Source of the DNA: Prorocentrum cordatum
Lineage: Eukaryota
Length of the DNA: 64,000 nt
Direction: 5' to 3'
Assembly (NCBI GenBank): GCA_963575745.1
Contig: CAUYUJ010000126.1
Span: 372,001 to 436,000 of the forward strand
Part shown: positions 1-14,300 of the stretch, piece after piece
How the letters are laid out: the number at the start of each line of letters is the position of its first letter
How positions within the stretch are numbered: position 1 is the first letter of the stretch
Notes under the pieces: generated by a model
Told to the model about the DNA's origin: nothing
Database searches by the model: none
Seen by the model: only the letters and a program-made list of their open reading frames with translations
Position numbers and translations under genes: made by a program

Positions 1-260
1 TGGCCCACGAGAGCCCAAGACGGCCCACGAAACGCTTTAAGATGCCCCGAGGATGGCCGAAAAGGCCTCCAAAAGGTATTCCAGGAAGGCCCGAAGAGGT
101 CCAAATCATTGATTCCCTCAGGTTTTTGAAGGATGTTCGCATTTGTTTCTTTTCGGCCTTCCGACGGCCCAAGAGCCCCCAATATCGCCCCGAGATAGCC
201 CAAGATGCCCCTCCTCCTTCTCCTCCTCCTCCTCCTCCTCCTCCTCCTCCCGGTCTTCCC
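1..260. repeat. Dispersed 'cccaagacggccc' repeat family fragment followed by (TCC)n
   Basis: Same motifs recur at ~19100-19600 and 20380-20600, and inverted at 43200-44100. Confidence 0.7.
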
Positions 261-941
261 CGCCATTCTCCCCCAAGTGTTCCCTGAAAGGTTTCCACTA
301 CGGCTGGGAGGACGCATGGTCCGCTAGCTTGGCAGAGTTCTTGCCACAACGCCAGGCCACGTGGGCGATTCCACAGGGCAGGGGCGGCGGTGACTCGCGG
401 TAGGCGTCCCCGATCCATACAGACTCCCACTCGGCCGCGCAACCGGCCGGTGGCCACCGGATCTGGGAGGTCACATCCTGCCGGTGGGGGAACAATCCGG
501 CATCAGCATGTTTCGTCTCGGCACGGGCGGTCCGTCGTCGGCGCTTCAGACTGCGCGGCAGGAGAAGGACGTGGCGCACATCCCGCGCGAAAAGCCGACA
601 TGCCGTCCTCGCCCTTGGCGCCACGGCAGCTTGCTCTGGAGAACGATTGGGTCCCCGCCTGGGCGCGGCGTACGTCCTTCGCACGCAGCTTCGTCGACGC
701 GCGAGCGGACGAACGAGTCGTTCGTGCCTCGGCGCCGCGACGCAATCTCTTCGGCCGCCCTTCTGGAGGGAGTTCCCAGCCTGGAACATGTCCCGATCCC
801 TATGCCGGGCACCTCCTCGTCACGATGCCGATCTCAGGGACCCCCTTTATCTCTGGAGGGCGAACCCCTGAGACCGTCATCGCCTCTTGGCGTGTCGATC
901 TTAGGCATAGGGATACGCTCGAGGCTGGTGAGGCAGGGGCC

Positions 942-973
942 GCGCGAGCGGGCGACGCGTCGCCCGCTCGCGC
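942..973. other. Perfect 32-bp palindrome
   Basis: gcgcgagcgggcgacg|cgtcgcccgctcgcgc. Confidence 0.9.
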
Positions 974-2342
974 AGTGAGGCCCCGTGCGCGGCTCCCGCG
1001 GAAGCGGCGCTCCCGCGCGGGGCGCCGCGCACGGCGCGCTCGCCGAGAGCGGCCGCGGCAGCGGCCGCGGCCGCGGGGCCGCGGCAGCGGGCGGACGAGG
1101 CTCCGACCTCGCCCGCGGGGGCGCGTTGTCTTCGGCGTGGCCCTCTTCGGAGGGGGCTGCCGCTCCGCGCCCGCCCCCCTGGCGCGGCCCGCGCAGCTTC
1201 AGAAGCCGTCGGAGGCGAGGTCGCGCGCGCGACGGCCTGCCCTCTGCAGGGTGGGGCCGCGAGCCAGTCCCAACATCAGGCTGTGCCGCGAGTGATTATT
1301 TTATGTTGAGGGAGGGAGAGCGGGACCAGGCGGGGCCCTCCGACTTGCTCGGCTTGGCTGGCTTGCTCCTCTGCACGTGCTCGTCCCTCCCTCTCAACCC
1401 TCCTCCCTCCTCCTCACTCTTACTCCTCTTCATCCTCCACCCCGTCCTCCTTGCAAACTCTATCCTCCACCCCGTCCTCCTTGTAAACATATTTGACCCT
1501 TGGGCATGCTCCATCAGGATTCGAGATCCCTGAGGTAAAGACCCATGTAGACCCTGATTCGTTGGGCTTAAGTCGAGAAGCAACCAAATTCGGCCGACAA
1601 ATAATCATGGGAGACTCTGTGTAAAACCGATTGTATTGCAGTACGTTGCCTGTGCTCTTCTCTTTGACCTTCTCCCCCATACAGGGAAGCTGGCTCTAGC
1701 CAGGCCGGGAACGCAAGCTACCTCATCGACGCGCGTGGGCCGAATACCCCACAACATCCATCAAGCACGGAGGTGGAGACAGGAAGACTATGGGACCTGC
1801 CTCCGCCGTCAAAAGTAAAGCACCAGATCAAGGGTGGAGCAATCGCATATCCATTACCTTCTCCCCCTTCCCCAAAGACCGAGGCATGTGCACAAATGAG
1901 CGGGGGGCGAGACCATGGAGCGTACAGGAAGAAAATGAAGGGGCCCAGGGGCACACAACTAAATGGACAAAGCTCCCAGGATTTCCCATATTTCCCACAT
2001 TTCCTGGATGCTCGTCCTCTGAACCACATCCCATCTTTCCCATCTATTCTCATGGGGATCGACGGTTGTTTGCGTCTGCGTTTCTTCTCCCTCCTGAGTG
2101 GTCCAGCATGACGTGTCGGTAATCTCCTTCTGGCGCGAGATGCCCCTGGCCAGGAGGGGGGAGGCAGGGAGGGAGGGAGAAGGGAGAGAGAAGAGGGAAA
2201 GGGAGGGGGGGGGGGGCGTGGGAGCAGGGGAGGAGGGGCGCCAAGGGGGGAGCGCCTGGTCCTCCCCCCTCCCCCCTGGGCGCCCCCGAGGACTGGCCCG
2301 GGGCCGCCGGCGCAAGGGACGGAGCGGCGGGCGGCAGCGTGC

Positions 2343-2394
2343 CTGCTCCACCCTCTCGAGGTAGAAGTCGTTCTCCCTGCGCGCCTGCGAAATC
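2343..2394 (-). CDS. ESF2: ESF2/ABT1 exon (ISQARRENDFYLERVEQ)
   Basis: 52 nt; acceptor cgag|G, likely donor CAG|gc. Confidence 0.9.
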
Positions 2395-5300
2395 CTCGGA
2401 AGTCAAAAGGGCTATCTTGCCAAAAGGTGCGCGTTTCGGTTCCGTGCGCGCAGCTTCTCGTGAGATGATGCGATGTGCTCCTCGAGGGCCCTCGCCGGGG
2501 AAAAATGCACACGTCCGAGCAATGCCAGGAGGTTCTTTGCTGCTAGAACCATCCTGGCATCACCTCGCCGAAGTCGGCCGTCAGGGAAAGGAGAAGGTCG
2601 GGAAGGCACACCAGGGAGGTGCTACTCGCGTCCGCCTCCGCAGTCAAAGAGCCCCCAGAAGGTGGCACACCTCCCCAAAAAGAGCGCAGGAGGGAGGACG
2701 GAGGAGGAGGGCGGAGAACTCATGGTGCCCGCTACAGGCGATAGGGCGCCTACGCGAAGGGAAATGTTCCCTTTTTGCTGGCGGGCTGACCTCCTCGAAA
2801 AGAATGGCTACCTGATGGGGCCATGGGGCCCTTCACAGGCCACTGTGATTGAAGGGGCCCCAGGACACAAACAAATAGACACAAATTCCAAGATTTCCAA
2901 TATTTCGCATATCTTCTCAATTTTCATCCACCCCTCCACTTTCCATGTCTATTGGCTTTTTCCTGGGAGTATACGTCTGTGTGTGTGTGTGTGTCTATGT
3001 TTCACTCCCGAATGGCATGATGTGTGGGGAATCTCCTTCAGCTACCCGGTCTCCCAGGGTGGCGCTACGGACGTGGCGTGAGATGCCCCTGGCCAGGAGG
3101 GTGGAGGCAGGGAGGGAGGGAGGAAGGAGAGAGAAGAGGGAGAGAGAGAGGGAGGGGGAGGGGGCGCGGGAGGAGGGGAGGAGGGGCGTGAGGGGGTGAT
3201 GGGGAGCGGGGAGGGCGAGTAGGGAAACCGAGGCGAGGAAGGCGATGTGAGGTAAGCCCCGATGCGCGGGAAGCACGAGGGAGGGAGGCAGACGGCAGAC
3301 ATGTATGTGAATTGAAGGGGGAGGGCACATCGGGAGAACGCGGGGGTGGGTGGGAGGGGGGGAGAGGAGGGGAAGAGGGAGGTCGTGGGAGGTGAAGGAG
3401 GGAGAGGAGGGGAAGGGGGAAGTGGGATGAAGGGGAGAAACAAAACACATCCGCGCGGATACCCGAATGCTTCTGGCTATGCAGCTGCTGCTGTGCCTCT
3501 TCGACTGACGAGCGGCTCGGTGCCACGACGGCTCGAGCATTGGGAAACAACGATAATCGTCGCAACTCTCGTGAACCTCACCCACAAGAGAGAATACCGC
3601 GAGGAAAACAACCTCCCGAAAAGACACACAGGAGCCTCAGAGCAAACGAGGGCCCTCGCAGAAGCCCTCACGGCTTCCAAGAAGCCTTCCTGGGAGCCCT
3701 CCTGGAAGCCTCCAGGCCCTCGGGGCCCCCGCCTTCTGTGAAGCGCGCCGCCTTCTTGGACGGCCCCCCCCCTCGCGCCACCCCCTCGTGCGCGCCCCCA
3801 ATCTCAGGGAGGGGAAAAAACACACAGACACAATGAATCGGCGATTCCCAGAAAATATGGGAAAATATGGGAAGTGGGGGGGAAGACAAAATCCCAGAAA
3901 ATGTAGGAAAATATGGGAAATAGTTTTATTTGTGTGTATTTATTTGTGTGTCCTGGGGCCCCTTGACAATCCTCGGCTTGGCTCGCCCACAAAAAAAACA
4001 GGGCGGGGGGCGGGCGGGCGGCCGTCCTCTGCTGGAGCCTCGCCTTCCGCACCTGCCGGTTGTAGATGGAGCCTGGGCTCGTCGGGTGGCGGAGTTGCAG
4101 CGCGGCAGGGCCGCGGTGAGGATGGTTTATCCGACTCCTATCCTCGCTGACATGGCCTTTGGCCCCACTGGCCGACTTGCCCCCCTGGGTGGGGACACGC
4201 GTTCTGCTTGGGCTTCGCGGGGTTTATCCCCACCTGGGCGGGTGACCCAGGGTGCGACTGAGGTACCATGGCCCAGTGGGGATGAGGATCCGCCAGACGG
4301 CGCCGACGCGAAGATGCGCGGTGGGAAGGCAGGCGAGACGAGGCCAGGACCAGAACAGAATTGGACCGGAGTAACATCGGGGATCTCGGCTGTGGACGGT
4401 GAGTCGGGCGCCGCGGCGGCTTCAGAGCGCTCTGGAACGCTCTGGAACGATCTGTCGCGGTCCTGGGTCCGCCCGAGTTCTGCTCCCGCCACTCCGAGGG
4501 GAACGATCGGGAAGGCCTGGCTCGGAGGGGGAACATTGAGCTCGAAGCGGCAATACATCGCCGACAGACCGGGGGGAGCAACCAGGGCCCTTTCGGCGAG
4601 GAGTGGGCGTTTGGGTGTCCCCGTTCCCCCCCCCGGGCCTCCTTACCTCCGCCGCCCATCGTGGCCCTGGCCCTCGTCTGCCCACTCCGTACCTCCCGCA
4701 CCACCCCTTCCCTCGACCTCCTCGCTCTCCGCCTCTTCCTCTCTCATCCCCGATTCCGTGCGGAGGGGGGCTGCCGGCGGGTCCTCCTCGGTAGGGGAGA
4801 GGGAAAAAAAAGGAGAGGTTGAGGCTTCGCGCGCTGAGAGCCAGGCCGAAAGCAAGCCGCAATGGGGCTTGGTATCGATATTGGTGTCCCCTGGGACCCT
4901 CGCAGAATCCGACCAACCACACAGACCATGGTAAGCGAAAGCAAGGTTCGAATAGAGCTCGAGAGGGATGCTTGACGCGGAGTAGTTACGCGGAGGAAGA
5001 GGCCAACATTGAGAGAAGATGCGAAGGAGGAGCTGAGGACGGAACCTTCCTTCAGCTGGTGCCACTTGAACCGGGGCAAGTAGCGGATGTTCCTCAACTT
5101 CGCACATACAAAAAACAACACGCGACGATCACTGCGTGCGCACGCCAAACCGCTGCTATGAACCGCTTTTACGTTCTGCCATCGTGCTCTGGGAACCGTG
5201 GCCCAGCCGCGCGCACACCTGCTTCTCAAACGACAACTGCGTCAACCTGCTTCCTGGCAGCAGTGCGCGCAAGACAAGCACGCATGCATGCGTCCTCGTC

Positions 5301-8300
5301 TGCCTTCAAGCCCTTGGGATCAGCACTGCGGGCAACACTGCTCAGCACAGGACACTGGATGCATCCATGCGACAGCACTAGCACAAGGTGGTGAAGTATC
5401 CGAGTGTCCGCCAGTCCTGACTCCTTTGCGACAGCATCGGTCTCCCCTCGCACGCGCGAGCGTATTTGAGCGAGCAATCATCAACTTGGCGCAATGGGAT
5501 GGACTAGTGCAGCTCACCATCTTGACAATTGGCATGGGCAGCTCTCTCACGACAATCCCCTGAATCAAAAAGCAACGAGACGCGCACCACATGTCGTCCC
5601 GGTAGTAATTGTGCCTGCTCGCAGGGAAGAGAGCAACAACAACGCCCTTCTGTGAGACCATGACAACTGCTGGAGTCCGATTATAGGCCGTGAACACGGC
5701 AAGTCGAGACGATCCCCTCTTCGACAGCACGCGAACCTCTGGGTTGAACCAGTAAATGCATAGTAGAGAAGCGAACCACCAGTAATGACTTAGCACACAT
5801 GCCTCAATTCACTTGACCCCGTGCCGCCGCCTGCATCTTTCGCCCCGTCTCCGTGCTCCTTGCCCTGATGAGCACCTTGCAACACGGCCGGATTAACCAC
5901 CAAATGATAATTTAACTATGGCATGGCTGTTATATGCCAATCACACGTCTTGTGCCAAAGATATCCCGAAATGGCCTCAGGAGTCTCCGAGATTGCCAGG
6001 GACGGCCCCAGGGTGACCCCAACATCGCCCATGATGGCCACTACAAAGCCCCAAGACGACCCAACGAGGCCCACGATGGACCCCAAAGGCCTCAACATTG
6101 CACAGCTATTGCCACTGATGGTGGCCAGAAGGTGGCCCCAGAGGCCCCCAAAGTGGCCCAGAGGGGCTCCAGCATAGAACCACAGACACGCCGGACGGAA
6201 AAAGTTGGTAGGACCATGCAGCAGGAAGGCGTTGGCAATAGATTGGGCGTCCGCCCGCCCACTGAAGACAAAGGAAACAGGAACACCACTCGATCCTCGA
6301 AGCATGAAGGTGCCTACAAGAGATTGGAATCTGGGAATCCAGAAACACCTACTTTCAACGACCAACGTGCAATGGTTAGATGAAGGCCTCCTGGATGGGG
6401 CCCGAATAGATGAGGTCGGAGGACCGCGCCGCATCGCCGATGCATCGGCGATGCATCGGCGATGCATCATCGCCGTCAGCGATGCATCGGCGCTATCGGC
6501 GTGGAGAAAAACGCGCTTCACATCGAGCCGCATCGCCGATGCATCGGCGATGCGGAACGGTCTTCCGACCCCATCAACTCGGACCCCATCTGGGATACCT
6601 AGACGAATGGCGAGGCACGTCCAAGAAACAGGGCGTTATGTGGTGGTCGCAGTGCTTCAGCGGCAAGCACAAGGAAGAAACGAGGAGGGGGCGGGACTTC
6701 TCAGAGTCGGGCTTGTGGTCATGGGGGGGTGACCAAAATGGGGGTAATGGGGGGTGACCAACATGAGGGTGAAGAACAAGCAAGCCCTAAATCAGGGCTC
6801 CCAACTTCGCGCTTCGCGCTGCGCGAAGCGCGAACAACTTCGCGTTTTTGCGCCGAACCCCCTTGGGACAAGGCGAGGGGCTCGCGAAGCGCGATGCGCG
6901 CATAACTTCGCGCGTTTGAAGCCCAGCGGATTCGAATTATCCCAGTGCGACCCTACCTAGGAGTTGGAGCCCCTAGGAAAGCAGCATTAGTAACTGTAAA
7001 GATAAGCTAAACCTAAGCTAAAGCTAAGCTGAAGCTAAGCTAAAGCTAAGGGACTTGGCGAGGACGTTGGCATCGAATTCCTGCGGTTTGAGAGGATCCC
7101 GAACTTGAGGGGAAATTGAACGAAATTCTTAAAGTCAGAGAGGGTTGTGAATCTAAGGGGGCCTGGACAGGAACTTGACTGCGAATTCCCAACGTTAGAG
7201 AAGGTCCTGAAGCTGAGGGGGGGGGGAGAGTTGGCGAGGAGCTTGAAAGCGAATCCCAGGGCCTGGAGACGACTCTGAAGCCGAGGGGAGTTGGCGGGGA
7301 ATTTGAAAGCGAATTCCTGGAGTTATGGGGGGGGTGCTGGGGCTGAGGGGAGTTGGCGAGAAAGTCGACAGCGAATTCCTGAAGTTAGAAACGACTGTGA
7401 TGCTTTGGGGGTTTGGCGAGAAATTTGAAAGCGAATTCCTGGATTGAGAAAGGAGATTATCAGGCTGAGGGGGGTCGGCGAGGAATTTGAAACCAAATTC
7501 CTGGAGTTGGGGGGCGCTCTGAAGCTGAGGGGAGTTGGCGACGAATTTGAAGGCGAATTCCTGGAGTCAGAAAGGATTATGACGCCGAGGGGGGTCGGCG
7601 AGGAATTTGAGCGCGGGTTCCTGGAGTCCGCGAGGCTTCTGATGCTGAGTGAAGTCGACGGGGGATTTGAAAGCGAATTCCTGGAGAGCTGAAGGGGCTT
7701 GGCGAGGAATTTGGACAATCCTCTCATCTGTCATCTCGCCAACTCCCAGCAGCATCACAATCCTCTCTAACTCCAGAAATTCGCTCTCGAATTCCTCGCC
7801 AACTCCTCTCAGCTTCAGAATCTCCGGTAAACCCAGGAATTCAAAATTAAAAATCCTCGCCAAAACCCCATCAGCTTCAGAATCCTCTCGAACTCCAAGA
7901 ATGTCCTTTCAAATTCCTGGCCAACCACCCATCGACTTCGGAATCCTCTCTGGCTCCATGAATTCGCTGTCAAATTTCTCGCCGACCCCACAGCAGCCCA
8001 GAATCCCCCCTAAATCCAAGAATTCGCTTTCGAACTCCCCCCAGCTTCAAAATCCTCTCTAACGTCCGGAATTCGCTTTCACATTCCTCGCCAACCCACC
8101 CCTGCTTCAGAATTCTCTTCGCCCCCAGTAATTCGCTTTCACATTCCTCACCGGATCCCCCCCCCCAGCTTCGGGATCCTCTCTGACTCCAGGACTTCGC
8201 TTTCAAATTCCTCGCCAGGCCGCCTCAACTTCAGAATCCTCTAACTCCAGGAATTCGCTTTCCAATTCCTTTCCAACCCCCCTCAGATTGAGAATCCTCT

Positions 8301-11300
8301 CTAACTCCAGGTATTCGCTTCCGCATTCCACGCCAACTCCCCTCAGCTTCAGATATCCTCTCCGGCTCCAGGAAGTCGCCGTCAACTTCCTCGCCGACCC
8401 CCCTCAGCTTCAGAATCCTCTCTAACTCCAAGAATTCGCTCTCAAATCCCTCGTCGGCCCCCTCGGCGTCAGAATCCTCTCCGGCTCCAGGAATTCGCGC
8501 TCAAATTCCTCGCCGACCCATCTCAGCGCCAGAGCCCGCTCTAACTCCAGGAACTCGATGTCAACATCCTCGCCAAACCCCCCATCAGCTACATAATTCT
8601 CTCTAACTTCAGGAATTCGCTTTCACAGTCCTCGCCAACTCTCTTCAGCCTCAGAATCCTATCTTCGTTCAAGAATCCCTCGCCAGACCTACTCAGCTTC
8701 AGAATCCTCTCTAACCCCAGGAATTCGCATTCATATTCCTCGCAAACTCCCCTCAGCTTCAGGATCCTATCGCCAAGAATTCGCTTTCAAATTCCTCGCC
8801 AGGCCCCCGCCAGCTTCAGGGTCCTCTCTAACTCCAGGAATTCGCTTTCAAATTCCTCGCAAACTCACCTCAACTTCAGAATCCTCTCTAACTCAGGATT
8901 TCGCCTTCGAGTCCCTTGCCAACTCCACTCAACGTCATAAGTCCCCATTGCGGCGACGCTCGACAGCGATGCCACCCAAGAGAGAGGACGGCACCCAATC
9001 GGCGTTGGACGAGGCCGCGGCCGGACGCCCCCCGAGCCGAATTGCCGACCCGCCACGTCGACCGACGCTTGCGGGTGGAGCGTCAGAGCGCCGGCCGCGC
9101 ACATGGGCACCATGCCCCCCATCAAGGGTGGCGGGAGGGAGAAAACGAAACCGCGACCGCGGACGCGTCCGCCGCACTATGGCGAACGGACACGCCGCGC
9201 GCCGCCCCAGAGGTCAACCAAAGCTGCGCTATGGCAAGCAGAGGAGACTCCCTGGGCGGACGCCCTACCCCCAGAGTGCCACTATGGGCAGGTAGGGCGC
9301 CACATGCATGACTGGGTACTTGATATCCCGCCCCGCGGCCAGGCCGCAGAGTGGAGACGACGCGACCGCGCGCGGAGGTGAGGAGAGCAGGAGAGGACCC
9401 CGACGCACGGCCGCGCGGCATGCGAGCAAGCCCGCGGGAGCCAGGCCCGCCCGACGGAACGGCGCGTGGCTGGTGGTCACGCAGCCGCCCGCCGTCGCGC
9501 TCTGCGACGCTGGCGGGGCGCTTCCACCGCCACTGTCGACTTATGACTTGCAATGACAAGTTATTACTGCCCCATAAGTCTCCAATGCGGCGACGCTCGA
9601 CAGCGATGCCACCCAAGAGGGAACGACGGCGCCCAATCAGCGTTGGGCGAGGCCGCGGCCGGACGCACCCCGAGCCGAATTGCCGACCCGCCACGTCGAC
9701 CGACGCTGGCGGGTGGCGCGTCAGGGCGCAGGCCGAAGCACACGGGTAACATACCCATCGCCGCGGTCCTAGGCGCTGAGGCCGACGCGCTGCCCCCGCG
9801 GGCCCGCGACGCCCAGCGGGCCCGCGAGACCCAATTCCAGGCAGGGACACGGACGCAGGACCGCAGCACTAGATGGAGCGGGCGTCGCAGCCCGCGAGCG
9901 AGAGAGCGCGACAGGGACCGGGCGAGACCGAGACCGCGCAGGCCAAACGCTTGGCGTCGCTGGACGCCGCAAGAACTCCTGCCTCTGGCACGTCGTCGCT
10001 GAACGACGCGGCGAAATGCGCTTCGGCGATGGCCTGGTGCTCAAACTTCTCGACGTCAAGATATCGCATCCATGCCGGCATCTGCCAGTCCCCGGCCTTG
10101 AGGAGATCGGTCACACGACCGCCGAATGCGACGATGTCCTGAGCGTGGCCCCTTCTGAACGAGCGGGTACCGTAGGCGTCGGCGTTGCCTATGCCCACGT
10201 GACGCAGCGCTGCGCCGAGCGCATGGCGGACGCTCCTGGCGCGCCAGCCAGCCCGCGGGGCGCCACCTGCGGGCCGAGAATTCAGCCACGCGCCCAAGGC
10301 GTGCACTGGGCACGTGGCGCGAGAACGATTGCACCAGCACTCGCGCACGATCGTCGACCGCCTCTCGCGATTCTTGCGTCTGGCGAGAGAAAGAACGGCG
10401 GTCTCCTCGTCAATGGACAGACCGGCGCGCAGCTGCGAGGCGTCGGTCAGCGAGGCGGCGCGCTGGATGATGAGCGCTTCGGAAGGTAGACGAAGAAGGA
10501 ACGCAAAGGACACGGCGAAAAGCATGCCCAGGCCGCTTCCCGCTGGCAACGCACCCGGGCGTTCCAGCGGCCGCTCAAGCATAGCCAAGCGGATTTCCAT
10601 GCGTGGCCGCGCGGACCATCCTGAGCGCTTCTCGCTGGCCAGCTTCGCCCTGGCCAGTGACGCGCGCGCGATCGCCGCGCCCGACGCCCGCGCGACGTGG
10701 CAGGCTTTCTTGAAGCGAGAAAGATAATTGCAAAACGCTGCCCGACAGCGAGACGTCGTTGACCAGAGAAGGAGGCCGTCAACTGACGGCGGAAGTTCGC
10801 TGCCCCTGGGCTGCAATACTTCCCTCGCGAACCTCGCTCAGCATTCAAAACTGCCGCTGAATTGCGGGATCGACCGAGGGCGCGACCCGACCAGAGCGCT
10901 GATACGAGCCGCCTGCGCCCACGCCCGCCCGCCCCTCCGCGGGCGAGGCGATAGCGGCGCGCGCTCTCGCGATCTCGCTGCGAGGGTCGCCCATCTGGCG
11001 CTCGAAGCCAGACAGCGCTGCCTGAATGGATTGGCGCACGCAAGCAACGGAATCCACGGCTTTGCTGCGGCTGCGCCGTCGTCGGGACCGCGGCCCGGCT
11101 GGCGGTGGTCCCGGACGCGGCGCGGGCCTCGGGCCGCCCTGCGCGCGCGGCAACGAAACCGGCTGCTGCGCGCGGACCGCGTACCGGGCGAAACAACCGC
11201 GGCGACGCGCCGCGCGAGGTGGCCGGGGTCGCGCGCCCCGAGTGCTCGACGACGAAGACTCGGAGCTAGATGACCCACCATACGGGGAGCTGTCCCGGGC

Positions 11301-14300
11301 CGCGCAGCACCGGCGACCCCCGGCCCGGTGGCCTGGCGAACCGCCGCGCGACACCCGGCGTCGAGCCGACCCTGGGCGAACAACCGTCTTCTTCCGCGCA
11401 CGTGGCACGGCCACAAACGGCCCGGTGACCTGCGACGCCGTCGTGGCGACGCCGCATGATGCGCGGGAAAAAAACGAAGCGGGGCGCGGGGTGCCTTCCG
11501 CGAGGGGAACACTGCAATTTCCCTTGACACGTGAGCCACACAGCGACCTCACGGAGTTTGCCATGCGAGACCTGCGCGACCGCTTGCAGCGCGCGCCTCC
11601 GCCCGACTGCGGCAGCAGCTGCCGCTGGGCAGTCCCAGCAGTGGCCGAGAGGTGGGCGCCGCCCAGAAAATCCTCGAACTGCGCGCAATCGAGATGCCGC
11701 ATCGCCCTTATCCCGTTCGACCACAGACAAGAACAAACCGCGACAATCTGATCGCGCGGCACATCGCCCAGCGCTTCGCACAACTGAGCCTCGAGCGTCT
11801 CGCGCGACATACTCAGGGAAAAAGAAAAACGCGCGCCTGGAAGATTCGCTCGCCCGTTACTTGCAATGAGCGCGGGCGTCGCTTTGCCCGGGGCTCAACG
11901 CGCGCCGACGCCGGCGGCGAAGACGGTCAACGCCCCCCTTGCTTGTTCGCGGCCAGTGCGAAGCCGCTCACAAACACGAACCAGCCCGACGCGGCCGAGA
12001 GGGCCGCCGCTCGCGCCTCGCGCCCCCTTGCACGCGCCCCGGGACGCGCGCTGGCGCGCGCCGCTGCGTGCCACAAGGAAGAAACGCAGAAGCACCATTG
12101 AAATTGCGAAGCGCTTCGAACCAGCGCGGGCCCTCCTCGGGCGCGCGGGCGCACCGAAAAAGAAAGCATTGGCCCCGGCTGGGCAGGTCGGCGACGTTGG
12201 CCTCTGCGGGCGCTCGCAAAAACCACGCGTCGGCGTCGAGCGCGGCCAGCCGAAGCCAGACGGCGTGCACCAGGCGCGCGTGATCGAACGCTTTGGCGCC
12301 CGCCCGGCGCAGCGAGCGCTCTGCGCCGACGTTGCCCGAGCAAATGCGGATCGGACGGCCGCGCGCGCGATGCGCGAAAGCTGAAAAGCCGAGGGAAACT
12401 GCGGCAAGCTCCAGCGCCATGATTTGCGCGCCCGAGCGCTTGGCGAGCGCTCCCCAGTTCTTTTGGGGGCGGGGCGTCGACCCAGAACAGGCGGCCGTCA
12501 ATCGGCAGCACGGCCGCCAGGCGTGCCGGATTCGAGGCGGCGTCGGCGAGCAGCACGCACGCGCGACCCCCCTGCGGCGCGACGGAGGGGCGCTACGGGA
12601 TGACGCGCCACATCCGGAGCCTGAACACTTGTAGCCGCCATGACAGAGCAACTAAAAGTTCATCCCCGACGCGGCCGCTGCGGTTGTTCTCCTGAGCGTA
12701 GAGAGGGCGCAACATTGCGCGGCCGAGCCAATTCCACGCGCACTGGCACGTCCACGCGAGCGCACGGGCGAGCTTTGCTGCTTCGCCGGCTGGCAACGAC
12801 CGCGACTCGATCGCGCCGTTGTACCGGGCGCACCACTTCGCAACCTTCTTAGGGCACGGCCACAGCGCATCTTGGCCGGGCGAGCAATGATAGACAATGC
12901 CTAGAACCGTAACGCGCGAGCCACATTCGAGCTTTCCCTCCGCGATTGCCGATTGGCCAAGGATCGCCCGTACCAGGCGCGCAAACGCGCGCATGGAATG
13001 CCCGCGGCGGATTCCCCGCGCCCGGCGCCGAAGAAATCGTCGACATAACGCGCGATCGGTGGACGCAGTTGCAACGCACAGGAATGCCGCGCCCATCCGA
13101 TTCCAACCGTGGACCGATGCCACTGAACCGAACGGCAGTCCGATGCGCGTCGAAATGACCGGGTGCCCGTTGTGCGCGAAGACCGAGGTAGCCACCCATC
13201 GGTCCTCGGGGCGCACTGGCAGGCGCCTGCGCGCTGCATCAATGTCAGCCTTCAAGATCGCGGGACAAACGCCCGCTGCATATTGAAACGCTGTGAGAAG
13301 TGCAATGAAGGTGTCCGCGCCATCGACGCGCAATTTCTCGTTGGTGCAGACGCACGCGTTGGCGCCGCTCCTAGACCAGTCGTCTACGGCGCGGATCTTC
13401 ACGGATCCGTCGGGGCGCTCGCCCAGACGCACGGCGAAGCGCTTCGCCCACCGCCCGCGCGCCTCCTGCCACGGCGCGGGCGCGACTGGCGGGGCCCTGC
13501 GACCGCGCTCCGCATCGGCGCGCGTGAGTGTGCGAAATTCAGCGGACAGCGGATCCTCGCGCAGCGTGCGCAGGACCTCAGCGTTGTGCTCCGGCGCGGT
13601 TCGCCACAAAACATGATCGGACTCTGCGGCTTCCACGCGAAATGGCGCGCCGTCGCCGGTGAACGGCAGCTCGCCCAGAATCGGAAAACCGGCGCGCAAC
13701 GATTCGACCACCGCGGGGTCTGCATGCGTCGCCTCACTCAGAAATTCGGCCAACAATGGGCCGTTCACGTCGAATTCGATGAGCCGGCTGACGGCGCTGT
13801 CGGCTGCGCCGCTGCGCCAACGTTTTCGAGGGGCCAGAGCGCTCGAGCTCGCGCCCCCTGGCCTCGATGCGCGAGATAGTCGCCTCGCGCTCCTGGATCG
13901 CGCGATCCGCGGTCCTCTCGGCTTCCCAGCGGATGGCTTCTTGCAAATCCGGCGCCAACTCGCGCCGCGCGTCAGCGGGCGCGCATGCGGCCCCGCGGGC
14001 GTCGTCCTCGGCCCGCGCCAAGAATTCGACGCAAGTCGCGTCGGCCGCCTCCGTTTTCCCGGCGATAGCTTCCCGCCATGCACCCGGGCGCGGCGGCGGT
14101 GGAGGCGGCGGCGGATGGCGACGCGCGCCGTCCTGGCGAACGCGCGGCATCGCGGACGGCGAGGCTGCGCCGCGCGAACGCGCGCCGCGCCGCGAACGCT
14201 GCCGCCATTGGGGGAAAGCGCGCCCGCCGAGAAACATCGGCAACGTCGCCGCACCGCGCGCGCTTCGCCGACATGGCTAAACTGGCGGCCCCGCCGCCCT

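Noticed and set aside
700..1250. Candidate terminal ESF2 exons (for example AAEEIASRRR near 735-765, or the GC-rich frame after cag|GCC at ~1236)
   Set aside because: No clear family similarity, and phase or continuity could not be established without transcripts.
3930..4934. 334-aa plus-strand ORF and overlapping ORFs
   Set aside because: GC-rich intronic sequence antisense to ESF2, with no motifs.
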